Source: an uncultured delta proteobacterium (GTDB taxonomy: Bacteria; Myxococcota_A; Polyangia; Polyangiales; Polyangiaceae). From it: a stretch of 64,000 nt of DNA. Every line of letters starts with the position of its first letter. Within the stretch, counting starts at the first letter, position 1. The DNA lies in contig CAVOKF010000007.1 in NCBI GenBank assembly GCA_963696385.1, forward strand, positions 928,001 to 992,000. Reading direction: 5' to 3'. This document shows positions 37,374 to 47,724 of this stretch, piece by piece. The notes beneath the pieces were generated by a model. It saw only the letters and a list, made by a program, of their open reading frames with translations, made no database searches and was not told where the DNA came from. The position numbers and the translations under genes were made by a program.

Positions 37374-37429
37374 CCGGCGAGACGTTGGCCCCGGTCGTGT
37401 CCCTGCGCTCGCGGACCGAGCTCGCTCGA

Positions 37430-39922
37430 TCAGCGGCCCAGCGCTTCCGAGCGGTTGACGATGTGCGGGGTGATGAAAATGACAAGCTCGCCGCGAGCGT
37501 CGTTCGCCTGGCGATGCTGAAAGAGAACGCCCAGGATCGGGATATCTCCGAAGAAAGGGACTTGATTGAGGTTGCGTCCCGTGTTGCGCGTGTAAATGCC
37601 TCCGATGACCGCGGTATGCCCGTCCATGACCAGGAGATCGGTTTCCGCTTCTCGCTTGAGAATCGTCGGAGCGCCATTGGCAGCCGTCTGGTTGAAGTCC
37701 GGCTCATCGCGTGTGAGCTTCACGTGCATCGAAACCGAGCCATCCGCGGTGACGTGCGGCTTGACCAGCAGCTGCAGCTTTGCCTCCTGGAACGTCGTCT
37801 GGACGCCGAGAGCGCTCACCTGAGAGTACGGAATGAGAGTGCCCTGGTTGATCCTCGCTTCCCGGTTGTCGAGCACCAGTACACGCGGGGCGCTGACGAT
37901 GCGCACGAGGCCACTCGATTCCGCCGCCGACAGTCGCAAGGCGAGGTTCAGCGTGTTGTCGATCGACCCGAACGCCAGCCCGAGTGCGCCGCCGGACCCT
38001 GCGCCGACCGCAGCGGGCAAGTTCACGGCGAAGTTGGGTGTTCCGACCGTGTTCGCGAACGGCGAGAGACCCGCCGTCGGCGTGTTGTTGTCAGAGGCGC
38101 CGCCCGCGGCCGTCACGGTGTTCGGAAATGCGATCCCGGTCGGATTGCCCGTTGCAGGGCTGAAGCTGACGTCACCGCCCCATTGAATGCCGATGTCGCG
38201 CGTGTAGTTGCTTGTTCCTTCCACGATGCGCGCCTCGACCAGCACCTCGGCGGTCGGCGTGTCGAGCGATCGAATGAGCTCCTCGATGTAGTTCAGGTTG
38301 GAGGCGATGTCGCGCGCGATGAGGACGTTGGTCCGCTCGTCGACCGCAAGCGCCCCCCGCGGCGACAAAAGATCCTTGGCTCGCGGCAGCATCTCGGCGG
38401 CGTGCGCGTAGCTGATGGGGATGAGGCGTGTCTCGAGGGGTGTGAGCTCGTATTCTTGCTTTTGAGCGGCGATGCGTAGCTCGCGCTCCTTCTGCAGCTC
38501 GGCGAGCGGCGCCACCCGGATCAGGTTGCCCTGCCGGACCATGCCGAGCCCCTTCGCCTGAAGCACGACGTCGAGGACCTGGTCCCACGGAACGTTGTGC
38601 ATGCGAATCGTGATCGTGCCGCTGACGTCGTCGGCCGTCACGACGTTGACGTGACCCGTATCGGCCAGGAGCCGGAGCACGTTGTGAATGTCGGCGTCCT
38701 TGAGATCGATGTCGATGCGCCGGCCGGTATACCGTTGCTGGCCGAGCACAGAATCGCCGCTCGATACGAACCCGGCGGCCCCACCGCCCGACGTCTCCAC
38801 GACCGGATCCTCATCGTGAATGGAGGTCTCGATGCGCGGCACGTCCGGCGGGGCGAGCTCGCGCGCCACGGTTACGACCTGGCGAACGACCCCGCCGTCC
38901 CTACCGACGGCGTCGAAGTGCAACTGCGCCAGGGGGGGCAGCGGCAGATTCGACTTGGGAACCGGAAACGACCAGACGAGTGAGCTCGGGTCCGACGACA
39001 GCGTGCCCGGCGTTTCGTCCGCGCGCTCAATGTCGAAAACGGCGGCGCCACTGGCCACGTCCTCGGACGCGGTGATGGACCGAACGGCGCCACGGTAGGC
39101 GCTCACGTCGAGCGTTCGGGCCAGCCGCGTGGGCAAGCGGGTCGCGTGCAGAGAAAGGTGCAGGCGACCTGTCGGTGTGGTCTCGAGCGAATACGGGGGG
39201 ACTTTCGCGAGCTCGATGACGAGCCGGTCGCAGCCGTATGGAGCGCATCCCGGCGTGTTCGACGGCGCGCGCTCGAAGCGAATGTCGCGAACGCCGTCGT
39301 TCGACGAGACCGCCGGCCGAGTCGATGCCGAAGAGGCGGACGCGCCCGCAGCCGGCGGCGGCGCTTCGCTCGTGCCGACGGTCGAAGGCGGCTTGAACGT
39401 GGGAACGGTGGGCACAGATGCGCCAGCGCGCCCGCTCGACGCCGCGTCTTTCGGCGCGAGCAGCACGTGGAGAGTTTGGCCGTCGGGCACCAGGCGATAG
39501 CTCGACTCTCTCTCCAGGCTCACCGTGAGACGGGTCATCGAGCCATCGCTCGTCGGGTACGCGGCCGTGAGGATACCGCCGACCACGCCCACTACCCCGG
39601 TGATTGCCGCGGGCGCGCCGGCGACGTCCGAATCGCTGAGATCGAGCAGCAAGCGGCGACCCCCGTCGGCGACGCGAGCGCTGTACGTGGGCGTGAGCGT
39701 ACCGACGATGTCGATTTGCGTTCCGCCCGGGACCGAGTCATCGGCTCGCACGCGGACGTCGCGCACGTGGTTGGCGTGGCCCGGCGCGGGCACCGACCCG
39801 GAGTCCGACGCCGACGCGCGCCCCATGCCCAGGAAAGCACACGATGCGATGGCAAGCATGGCCAGCCCCCGAGGTCGTCTCGCCCGGAAAACAGCGCACA
39901 CAAGCGACTTCGCCCCACGCAT
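37430..39922 (-). CDS. pilQ: Type IV pilus secretin PilQ with N-terminal AMIN-like domains
   Basis: YTGRRIDIDLKDADIHNVLRLLA, VPWDQVLDVVL, VDERTNVLI, EVLVEARIVE, VPFFGDIPILGVLF, ELVIFITPHI; AGGAG RBS before ATG 39922. Confidence 0.96.
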   Translation of the reverse strand: MRGAKSLVCAVFRARRPRGLAMLAIASCAFLGMGRASASDSGSVPAPGHANHVRDVRVRADDSVPGGTQIDIVGTLTPTYSARVADGGRRLLLDLSDSDVAGAPAAITGVVGVVGGILTAAYPTSDGSMTRLTVSLERESSYRLVPDGQTLHVLLAPKDAASSGRAGASVPTVPTFKPPSTVGTSEAPPPAAGASASSASTRPAVSSNDGVRDIRFERAPSNTPGCAPYGCDRLVIELAKVPPYSLETTPTGRLHLSLHATRLPTRLARTLDVSAYRGAVRSITASEDVASGAAVFDIERADETPGTLSSDPSSLVWSFPVPKSNLPLPPLAQLHFDAVGRDGGVVRQVVTVARELAPPDVPRIETSIHDEDPVVETSGGGAAGFVSSGDSVLGQQRYTGRRIDIDLKDADIHNVLRLLADTGHVNVVTADDVSGTITIRMHNVPWDQVLDVVLQAKGLGMVRQGNLIRVAPLAELQKERELRIAAQKQEYELTPLETRLIPISYAHAAEMLPRAKDLLSPRGALAVDERTNVLIARDIASNLNYIEELIRSLDTPTAEVLVEARIVEGTSNYTRDIGIQWGGDVSFSPATGNPTGIAFPNTVTAAGGASDNNTPTAGLSPFANTVGTPNFAVNLPAAVGAGSGGALGLAFGSIDNTLNLALRLSAAESSGLVRIVSAPRVLVLDNREARINQGTLIPYSQVSALGVQTTFQEAKLQLLVKPHVTADGSVSMHVKLTRDEPDFNQTAANGAPTILKREAETDLLVMDGHTAVIGGIYTRNTGRNLNQVPFFGDIPILGVLFQHRQANDARGELVIFITPHIVNRSEALGR

Positions 39923-40035
39923 GTTGGCTCCTCGCGCCCCGGAGTGCGGTTGCACAGGGATCGCAGCAGCGACGGTACACCGGCTGATCGCACGCCAACC
40001 AGTTTCTGACGCGCTTACCCGCTCCTGCCGCCCGA

Positions 40036-40662
40036 TCATCCCGGAACGAGCTCTGCGGGTTGCCGCTCGCTATCGGGATGAAGGGGAATGACGCGCGTCG
40101 CCGGGGGGATCTGGGGCTGTGCCGGGTCCTCGCGGATCAAAACGACGTCGCCGTCACGAATGCGGTCGACGCGCCAATTGAGTTGGTATTCCTGCCCGAG
40201 GCCCGCGCCGATCCGCACGGTCTCGGAGCGACAGATGAACGTCCCCTTGTAGACGACCGTTCCTTTGCCGCTTGGATCGATGAACATCGCGCGCGGCTGA
40301 TCGCTTCCGAGGACGATGGCGACCAATTTCAGCTCGTCGAGCGAGTACTGCGAGAGCTGGATCTTTCGCTGGTTTTGGACCTGCTTGGCCGCTGGCGTAT
40401 TCTGGATGAGATAGCTGCGGAACGGATCGCGATTGCGGTCGCTTTCGACGAAGTCGTTCTCCGTGAAGTCCGGTCCCTTGAGTTCCGGAGGTAGCCCCGA
40501 AGGCAGCACGCTGGCCATCGGAGATGCGCGGACGAGGGGGGGCGGCGGAGCCTTGTTCGCCGATCCACCGCACGCGTGCAGAACGAGAGGCAAGCCGGCC
40601 GCAAGCAACGCGACGGCCGCGGTCGATTGGCGCGGAGGACGTTCGCTCGGTCGGTGGATCAT
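40036..40662 (-). CDS. pilP: Type IV pilus assembly lipoprotein PilP
   Basis: LHAC lipobox, RDPFRS, YSLDELKLVAIV; position between pilO and pilQ; ATGA overlap with pilO. Confidence 0.9.
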   Translation of the reverse strand: MIHRPSERPPRQSTAAVALLAAGLPLVLHACGGSANKAPPPPLVRASPMASVLPSGLPPELKGPDFTENDFVESDRNRDPFRSYLIQNTPAAKQVQNQRKIQLSQYSLDELKLVAIVLGSDQPRAMFIDPSGKGTVVYKGTFICRSETVRIGAGLGQEYQLNWRVDRIRDGDVVLIREDPAQPQIPPATRVIPLHPDSERQPAELVPG

Positions 40663-41270
40663 TTCGGCCCCTGGGCGCCCCCCCGCGACGACGGCTTCGG
40701 AGCGGTCGCGTGGAATGCCGTTGCCAAACACCGAGCGTGCAACACGATCTCGTCGCCAACCAGTTTCGGATCGGTCATCTCGATGTTCTCCACATTGACG
40801 ATGCGCTCGATCTTGCTGAGCTCGAACGCGAACTTCGCGATTTGATGAAATTTCCCGGTGAGCTCGAGACGCATTGGAATTTTTGAATAGAAACTCTGCG
40901 GCACCTCGTCGGTCGGGGCGTATCCCTGAAGATCGATGCCGGCCGCGTTCGATGCCTGTTGGACGCTCGAGAGAAACGCATCCTCCTCGGCTTGGGGCGG
41001 TAACGCCCTATTCATGTCTCGAGCGTGCTGCTCCCGCAGCGCGAGCTCTCCGCGATCGGCGAAGTACGACGCTTCGGCTTGTTGCTCTTGGGCGAGCCCG
41101 TCTACGAGCGCCTTCTTCTGGCGCTCTGCGCCGGTGATTTTGCTCGCGGTGTCCGAATAAAACACGAACCAATAGCCGAACCATACGAGCGCCGAGAGCG
41201 ACGCTCCCAGGCCGATCTTGCCGGCGGTAGGGATCCTCGCGAAGAGGGACGTAGGTGCCGGGGCCGCCAT
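40659..41270 (-). CDS. pilO: Type IV pilus assembly protein PilO
   Basis: N-terminal TM segment, coiled coil, LPPQAE, FYSKIPMRLELTGKFHQI..F...SKIERIVNV. Confidence 0.92.
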   Translation of the reverse strand: MAAPAPTSLFARIPTAGKIGLGASLSALVWFGYWFVFYSDTASKITGAERQKKALVDGLAQEQQAEASYFADRGELALREQHARDMNRALPPQAEEDAFLSSVQQASNAAGIDLQGYAPTDEVPQSFYSKIPMRLELTGKFHQIAKFAFELSKIERIVNVENIEMTDPKLVGDEIVLHARCLATAFHATAPKPSSRGGAQGPK

Positions 41271-41271
41271 T

Positions 41272-41922
41272 TCAGTACCTCACCCTCGCGCTCAATTGGA
41301 ATTGAAAGAGCTCTTGATGGCTCGTGGCCTCCGTGATCTTGCTGCCGGGCAATAGTTTTACATCTGCGAAAAAGTCGCTCAATTTCAAGCGCCGCTCGAG
41401 CTCGCTCACGTCTTCGCCGTCGCGCGCAAGACCGCCCATCCGCACGACGCGATCCGCCTCGGCATACGAGGTGAGCCAGAGTCGGCGCGGGTCCCAGTTC
41501 GGGTTGTAGGCCTCGGCCGGATCATCGCGTCTGAGCTGCTCGAGTTTCGCCGAATCCCCGGTCGGAACGCGGCCCGGCGTGAGCAGGTGGGCGAGTTCGA
41601 GAAGCGTCGAGGTCGGCCCGGTTCGCGCCGCCTGCAGCTTCTGGATCGCCTCCTCGCGATCGCGCAGGTCCTTGAGCCGCGCTTTGATCTCGTCGTGATC
41701 GGCAATCTGACGCTTGATCGAGTCAATCTGCCCTTGAATGCGGCCGTTGTCGGCGAGAATCGCCGCCAGCTCGTCTTGCTTTATCTTCTGCACGAAAAGG
41801 CACAGGATGAGCGTCCCCACCGCCGCACCGAACACGGCAATCAGCCAGCCCTGCGACGGCTCGGCACCGGCCGGACGACGGCCCGCCTGCTTTCGCTCCG
41901 GTAAAAGATTTACGCGGACCAT
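41272..41922 (-). CDS. pilN: Type IV pilus assembly protein PilN
   Basis: MVRVNLLP (INLLP motif), TM segment, coiled coil, LWLTSY; AAGGAG RBS. Confidence 0.92.
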   Translation of the reverse strand: MVRVNLLPERKQAGRRPAGAEPSQGWLIAVFGAAVGTLILCLFVQKIKQDELAAILADNGRIQGQIDSIKRQIADHDEIKARLKDLRDREEAIQKLQAARTGPTSTLLELAHLLTPGRVPTGDSAKLEQLRRDDPAEAYNPNWDPRRLWLTSYAEADRVVRMGGLARDGEDVSELERRLKLSDFFADVKLLPGSKITEATSHQELFQFQLSARVRY

Positions 41923-42974
41923 TGCCGGCGCTCCTTGTCGCAACGCAGCGAAAGCCCGAGCGCCACGACCATCTGCGCGGCGATCGCGCGCAGCCTTGGC
42001 TCGTTGGGCAGCTTTGGGTCGACTTCCATGTTGCCCATCGGATCGAAGAGCTGCACCGGCACGCGGGCGCGGCGCTCGATCGCCTGAACGAGCGGCGCCA
42101 GATACGCGCTACCCCCGGAAAGGTAGATCTTGCCAATCTCTTGTTCACCGCTCGTCGCCAAGTAGAAATCGAAGGAACGCTGAATTTCACCCGCAAGCCC
42201 TTGGCACGCCTGATGGATGATCTGCGTCACCTCCTGAGGCACGATCTGTGTCGCGCCACCGCCGTGCTTGTAGGCTTCCGCCTGCTCGTACGAGCACGAC
42301 AAGGACTTCCGAATTTCCTCGGTGATGGTGTTGCCGGCGTTGGTGATCTCGCGCGTGAACGCGCTCACACCCTTGGACACGATATTGAGCGACGAAACCG
42401 CGGCGCCGACGTTCAGAAGAGCGATCGTGGCGTCTTGCGGCAGGCCGTTCTGGTACTCGAAGATGTTCTGAATGGTGAAGGCGTTGATGTCGACGACGGC
42501 CGGCCGGAGCTTCGCGGCGCGCAAGATCGAAGCGTAGTCGTTGATCTCGTCCTTTTTTGCGGCCACAAGCAGCAAATCCATCTGGCCAGCCTCCGGCCTG
42601 CGCCGCAACACTTCGTAGTCGATGGACATCAGCTTGATGTCGAACGGGATGTGCTGTTCGGCCTCCCAATGGATCTGCTCGTCCAGTTCGGACTGGGTCA
42701 TGATCGGCACGGTGATCTTGCGCACGATGACGCTCTGGCCGTAGACGCCGATGGCGACATCGCGCTGTTGGATCTTGCCGTCTTGGAAGACGCGCGACAG
42801 TGTCTCGGTGACGGCCCCCGCGTTCATGACGTGACCATCGACGATGGTCTGCGGCGGCAGCTGCGCCAAACCCCACCGGAAGACCTGCAGCTTTTTTCGC
42901 GATTCGCGGAGCAATACTACCTTGATCGAACTCGCGCCGATATCGACGCCGACCAGGTTCTTGCCTTCGGCCAT
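41910..42974 (-). CDS. pilM: Type IV pilus assembly protein PilM (actin-like)
   Basis: VGVDIGASSIKVV, EAEQHIPF, LLVAAKK, EIQRSFDFY, IYLSGGSA, VALGLSLR. Confidence 0.96.
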   Translation of the reverse strand: MAEGKNLVGVDIGASSIKVVLLRESRKKLQVFRWGLAQLPPQTIVDGHVMNAGAVTETLSRVFQDGKIQQRDVAIGVYGQSVIVRKITVPIMTQSELDEQIHWEAEQHIPFDIKLMSIDYEVLRRRPEAGQMDLLLVAAKKDEINDYASILRAAKLRPAVVDINAFTIQNIFEYQNGLPQDATIALLNVGAAVSSLNIVSKGVSAFTREITNAGNTITEEIRKSLSCSYEQAEAYKHGGGATQIVPQEVTQIIHQACQGLAGEIQRSFDFYLATSGEQEIGKIYLSGGSAYLAPLVQAIERRARVPVQLFDPMGNMEVDPKLPNEPRLRAIAAQMVVALGLSLRCDKERRQWSA

Positions 42975-43170
42975 GAGGACTCGCCTTGCATACGAGCGGC
43001 TCTCGGTCGCTCCCCCCAGAGTGTGGCACCCCGCAAAGGACCGCGTCAAAAAAGGCGGGCGCGCCACGGCGGGGAGCGCGCCTCCACCGGTTGGTAGAAC
43101 CGCTCGGCTGCAGGCAGACATGGCACGCTGGCGACGACTGCTTCCGAGGTGTAGGGATTGTGGGCCTGCC

Positions 43171-44121
43171 ATGCGCATCGTCGACTTCGCGGTTGGACTC
43201 ACTCTGATGGGAGCAGCATCGCCCGCATCCGCCGACATCACGCACGTGGTCCAGCACGGACACACGCTGGAGGCCATTGCCCACCGCTATCACGTCCGCC
43301 AGCAGTCCATCCTGGAGGCGAATCATCTTAAGGATGGCCAGCACCTCAAGCCGGGACAGACGCTGATTATCCCGGGCGTCCCGCCACCGGCGAAGGCGGA
43401 TACGAGCGGTGACCGATCGGGATCGGGCAGCGGCGGCCGCCGACACGCGGCATCCGAGCATCGCGAGATTGCAGCAGTCAATCCGGTTCAGAAGCCCCGC
43501 GGTCGCGGCGCGCACGGGATCATCGAAATGGTCCGCATGGGGGAAGAGGCGCACGTGCGCGTGAAGGATGGGGCCGGGCACGTTCCCTCCGCGGCGATCG
43601 ATGTCTTCGAACACATGATGCGGCAGGGAGAGGCGACCCACCCGCCGGATCCGCGCTTGGTGGCCCTCATAGGGCTCGTCTCGGAGCACTTCGGAGGCAA
43701 ACCCATCCAGATCGTCAGCGGCTATCGAGCCTATTCGCCCACGCAGTACGCGCCGCACTCGAATCACAACTACGGGAAAGCGCTCGATTTTCGGATGGAC
43801 GAAACGGACAATAAATCGATCTACGACTTTTGCGTGACGCTACGAAATACCGGCTGCGGGTACTATCCGAACAGCACATTCGTCCATATGGACGTGCGCG
43901 ACGCGAAGGCTCGGTGGATCGATCGTTCACGTCCAGGCGAGCCGCCGCTGTATGACAAGGCCGGTGCGGCAGCGGCGGATGAAGGCCGAAGCGAGGTACC
44001 GGAGGACAAGGGTCCCCCGACACGCTCGCCGAAAGACGAGTTCGACGAGAGTTCCGCGGGGGATGGGTCATCGGCACCTCACCCCCATGTACCCCCCTTC
44101 GATAGCGATTTCTCGCTCTGA
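43171..44121 (+). CDS. Secreted LysM + DUF882/peptidase M15 (YcbK/MepK-like) peptidoglycan peptidase
   Basis: Signal peptide; LysM (HVVQHGHTLEAIAHRY...LKPGQTLIIP); IVSGYR, SNHNYGKALDF, GYYPNSTFVHMDVR. Confidence 0.88.
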   Translation: MRIVDFAVGLTLMGAASPASADITHVVQHGHTLEAIAHRYHVRQQSILEANHLKDGQHLKPGQTLIIPGVPPPAKADTSGDRSGSGSGGRRHAASEHREIAAVNPVQKPRGRGAHGIIEMVRMGEEAHVRVKDGAGHVPSAAIDVFEHMMRQGEATHPPDPRLVALIGLVSEHFGGKPIQIVSGYRAYSPTQYAPHSNHNYGKALDFRMDETDNKSIYDFCVTLRNTGCGYYPNSTFVHMDVRDAKARWIDRSRPGEPPLYDKAGAAAADEGRSEVPEDKGPPTRSPKDEFDESSAGDGSSAPHPHVPPFDSDFSL

Positions 44122-44291
44122 CGGTCTTTGAGGTTGAGCTCGACCCACGGGTGGGTCGATCATGACTTAAGGGCGATCCACGCGAAACCATTCGAATCCA
44201 CGAGATGGCCTCACGTAGGCGAGGGTCATTCATAACCCGGGGTATCGGCGGATCTGCGGCTAACCCATTGAAATGATTGTTGGGGGTCAAT

Positions 44292-44307
44292 TGGCACGAA
44301 GCACGCA
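44292..44307 (+). promoter_or_regulatory. Putative sigma54 (-24/-12) promoter for the FliA/WhiG-type sigma factor gene
   Basis: TGGCACGAAGCACGCA: a TGGCACG -24 box with exact GG-N10-GC spacing, ~33 bp upstream of ATG 44340 and preceded by an AT-rich patch. Confidence 0.6.
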
Positions 44308-44339
44308 GCAGAGGTGGCAAGGAGACGGGGAGCCACCGG

Positions 44340-44978
44340 ATGAAATCCTGCGCCAGCAAGAGCACTGCCATCGCGACCACGCCGACGCGCGAGGAGCTCG
44401 CAACGTACATGTATCTTGTCCACCAAGTGGTCTCGCGGGTTCTCCGCAAATTGCCGCCGAACGTCCTGCGCGAGGACCTCATGGCCGCCGGCACATTCGG
44501 CCTCGTCGACGCGCTGAGAAAGAGCGCAGACCACGGACCGACGTTCGACTGGTACGCGCGCATTCGTATCCGTGGCGCGGTCGTCGATGAACTGCGCGCA
44601 CAGGATTGGCTCACACGACGCGCGCGAACGCGTGTGACCCGGGCGCAAGCACTCGGCGAAGCCGGGGCAATGGCCGTGGTCGGCTTCGATGACCTACCGG
44701 AGTCCCAAGCCCAGGGTCTGGCCGACGAGACGGCTGCCACTCCGCAAGAGCAAGTCGAACGGCGAATGGACCGCCTGGCGCTCGAAAGTGCGGTGGCACT
44801 TTTGCCCGAGCGCGAGGCCAATATCGTCGGTTGGCACTATTTCGATGGCATTCCGTTCAAGACGATTGCGGCACGGCTGGGCGTGAGCGAGCCACGGATC
44901 TCACAGCTGCACGCGCGCGCAATGGGTCGGCTGCGCACTACGCTGAGCGAGCACGATCGCGCAGCCGCGGCGGCCTGA
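44340..44978 (+). CDS. FliA/WhiG (sigma-28) family RNA polymerase sigma factor
   Basis: EDLMAAGTFGLVDA, FDWYARIRIRGAVVDELRAQDWLTR, LPERE...YF...IAARLGVSEPRISQLH. Confidence 0.9.
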   Translation: MKSCASKSTAIATTPTREELATYMYLVHQVVSRVLRKLPPNVLREDLMAAGTFGLVDALRKSADHGPTFDWYARIRIRGAVVDELRAQDWLTRRARTRVTRAQALGEAGAMAVVGFDDLPESQAQGLADETAATPQEQVERRMDRLALESAVALLPEREANIVGWHYFDGIPFKTIAARLGVSEPRISQLHARAMGRLRTTLSEHDRAAAAA

Positions 44979-44983
44979 AGGGA

Positions 44984-47623
44984 TCAAGGGGTGGCACGCG
45001 TCGAGGGAGTCGCCTGCGCGACTGCAGTCGCGGAGTCGAAGCGGAACGCGCGAGGGCGCAGAGGTACGCTTACCGCGTAAAGCACCGACTCGTCGTATCG
45101 CGCCCGAGGTGGGTCGATCGTGCCCGCGCGGTCGAGCCTGGCCGTGAAGCGCTGCCCCCGGTCGAGCGACACGGCGCGCGTACACCCGGCGGCCGCGAGC
45201 GCATCGGCGAGAGGCGCGGAGCTCGCAAACGTGCCGCGCGCAACGACGACGCGACCCGACGGCGTGATCCCGATGGCCGCTCGGGCGACTACGGCGCCCA
45301 GGGAGTCCGTCACGCGCTGGCCGTCCCAGAGCGCGATCGGCAACTCGGCTAGGTCGTCGTGAGCTCCGAGCTCCGGCGCTCGATCGGCGCGTTCGATGAC
45401 GAGACGTCCGCTCTCGTCGACGATCAGCAGCCCCCATTCCGGTCCGTCCACGACGGCAACGGCAAGGCGACCGCCGGTCGCCAATCCGAGCGGCCGTCGC
45501 TCGGGAGCAACCCCGAGCCCGAGGGAAAGGAGAACGTGGTTCGCCTCCACGCCCGAGATCTCTCGAAGCGGAGAAGCCAGGACCGCTTCCTTTGCGCCGG
45601 CGCGGATGCGCCACGTGGCGCGCCCGGCTTCGACGTCCAGGACGTCGACGGCCCCCTGTGCGCCGATCCTGCGCGTCGCCCAGAGTCCGGGCAACCATCG
45701 AGGCGGGGGCTGATCGCCTCCGTCGGGGGCCCAAGCCGCTGCGCCTTCGAGCGCCGGCGGCGCAGGCTCGTGGGTCAGGACGTAGAAGAAATCTTTGGGC
45801 GCATATTGGATGTATCGATCGTTCGGGATCGACATCGCACTCGTCAGAACCGTCGACTTGTATTTCTTGGCTCCGAGGTCGTCGATGGCCGCGAACAGAA
45901 ACCCCGTGTGGTAGGGGTTCATATCGAGGTGCATGGCGTAGTCGCAGCCCGCCATGGACATGGCTTTGGCGAGAGTCGTCGCGCTGAGGTCGTCTCCCCA
46001 CGCGTAGACGAGGTGGCCGCTGGTCGTCACGCACAAGGCGGTCCGTTCCGTTTGAACGCCCTTGCCAGGCAACGTAAAGCCCCAGAGGTTGCGGCCCGTT
46101 GGATTGACTTGCCCCCGGTCGACGAGAGGGTCGAGGTTCTGACGAAACGACGCAATGTCTTCGTCCGCCACGCCCACGATGCCGCCCACCTTGCGCTCCG
46201 CGCCCCAGCTCCCGAAGCCGACGCGGCCATCGTCGAGCACGACGACGCTCGCAGCTCCCGGAACCGGCGGCAACAGAACGCGCTTGTGCACCATCATTCC
46301 GTAGTGTCCGTGCTCGGTCTTGAACGCGCCGTTGAAGGCTGCGGCGACGCGCCGGTAGACGGCCGGATCCCTCGGGATGCGGCCGGCGCCCGGAGGGCCC
46401 GTCAGGGGCTCGGGATCTTCGACGCCCGCCTCCATGTCGAGATCGAGCTGGCGCATGTCCATGGCGACGAGCAGGACTTTCGCGTAGGGTCTGTCGACGT
46501 CCGGCCGGACGAATGTCTGGTAAAAGGCAGAGGGCGCGTCCGCAGACGCGCCCGGCACGCGCCGTAGCCACGAGGGCTCGGGTACGGTCCATTCCCCCTC
46601 GCCCTTCTCCGACGATTGCCAGAGGGTCGGGATGGGCGCCGGCGGCCAATGCGCCTCTTCGATCGAGGCTTGTGACGTGTCGAGTACCGGCGGTGGCGGC
46701 TCCTCTCGAGCGACGACGTCGGTCACGGCGCCATCCGAAGAGAACGTGAGCCTCCGATACCCGTCCCGCAGCCACAGCGCTTGATCCTCGATCCACGCGA
46801 TGGGAGCGGGACCGATCCAGCTGACGGCGCGGAGCGTGTCGACGGTCCAATGCGAAAAGCGCTTCGGCAGATGCATGACCGGATCGACGTGCATGCACGC
46901 GCCCGAAGTGAGCTCACCGGAAGGCAGGTCGACCCGCGCCACGCTGGGGATCGGCGCGCGCCGCACGTCGCCGCCGAAAAGGGTGATCTCCAGCGCGCTC
47001 TCTCCGAGCCGCAGGGCCACAGCACGTCCGGGCGAGTCGAACGTCACGTCGACACGACCCACCCCGGCGGTGGCGCCGGTGCGCTGCCAATTGGTGATCG
47101 CCGCCATCGATCGGTCCATGATCCCGGTGGTCTTGTTCTCGGCTCCTTCACCGTTCAAATCCAACACGGTGACGCTTTGCTCCTGCCCGTACGCACGCGT
47201 CGCAAAGGCCGCCCATGGGCCGCGCGCCACGAGCGCGTGGTCGTCACCGAGCGGGGTGTTGGTCAGGTTGCGCGCGCCCGCGATGTCGATCGCAAAGCCG
47301 TTCGGGCCCACCCGAACGCGCGTCCTCCAAACGTCGTGCGCATCCTCGCCTGCAATTCGAGCAAGGAAAAGGGCCCGACGCCCGAGCAGCAGATCGACCA
47401 CCCATCCACGCGACGGTTCCCATCGGATGTCTGCGGGGGAGACGATCATGCCTCCCGCCGATTGACCCAACGCGGCCGCGAGCGCGCCCAGATCGTGGCC
47501 GGGGACTTGGCCGTGAGCGGCGCACGTACCGGCTGCCGCGACGGCCGAAGCGACGCCGACAGCGCTATGGCGCCACAGCCACGACCCACGCACGCGAAAG
47601 AACTGCGAGATTCGACGGGGCAC
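44984..47623 (-). CDS. Large exported/membrane protein with two phosphodiester-glycosidase (NAGPA/DUF2233)-like modules
   Basis: [31 protein letters not shown]; second degenerate copy [15 protein letters not shown]...AVSLDRG. Confidence 0.55.
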   Translation of the reverse strand: MPRRISQFFRVRGSWLWRHSAVGVASAVAAAGTCAAHGQVPGHDLGALAAALGQSAGGMIVSPADIRWEPSRGWVVDLLLGRRALFLARIAGEDAHDVWRTRVRVGPNGFAIDIAGARNLTNTPLGDDHALVARGPWAAFATRAYGQEQSVTVLDLNGEGAENKTTGIMDRSMAAITNWQRTGATAGVGRVDVTFDSPGRAVALRLGESALEITLFGGDVRRAPIPSVARVDLPSGELTSGACMHVDPVMHLPKRFSHWTVDTLRAVSWIGPAPIAWIEDQALWLRDGYRRLTFSSDGAVTDVVAREEPPPPVLDTSQASIEEAHWPPAPIPTLWQSSEKGEGEWTVPEPSWLRRVPGASADAPSAFYQTFVRPDVDRPYAKVLLVAMDMRQLDLDMEAGVEDPEPLTGPPGAGRIPRDPAVYRRVAAAFNGAFKTEHGHYGMMVHKRVLLPPVPGAASVVVLDDGRVGFGSWGAERKVGGIVGVADEDIASFRQNLDPLVDRGQVNPTGRNLWGFTLPGKGVQTERTALCVTTSGHLVYAWGDDLSATTLAKAMSMAGCDYAMHLDMNPYHTGFLFAAIDDLGAKKYKSTVLTSAMSIPNDRYIQYAPKDFFYVLTHEPAPPALEGAAAWAPDGGDQPPPRWLPGLWATRRIGAQGAVDVLDVEAGRATWRIRAGAKEAVLASPLREISGVEANHVLLSLGLGVAPERRPLGLATGGRLAVAVVDGPEWGLLIVDESGRLVIERADRAPELGAHDDLAELPIALWDGQRVTDSLGAVVARAAIGITPSGRVVVARGTFASSAPLADALAAAGCTRAVSLDRGQRFTARLDRAGTIDPPRARYDESVLYAVSVPLRPRAFRFDSATAVAQATPSTRATP

Positions 47624-47724
47624 GAAAAAGGAGAAGCATCCACTCGACGCGCGGTCAAGACGGACGCGTGCGGGGCCCGTGTGCTAGGTCCTCGGCGCGA
47701 GCTTCGTCGCTCCTCGACCTCCGA

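Noticed and set aside
42975..43170. Sigma54 promoter between pilM and the LysM peptidase gene
   Set aside because: TGGCAC hexamers occur but lack GC at the required 10-bp spacing.
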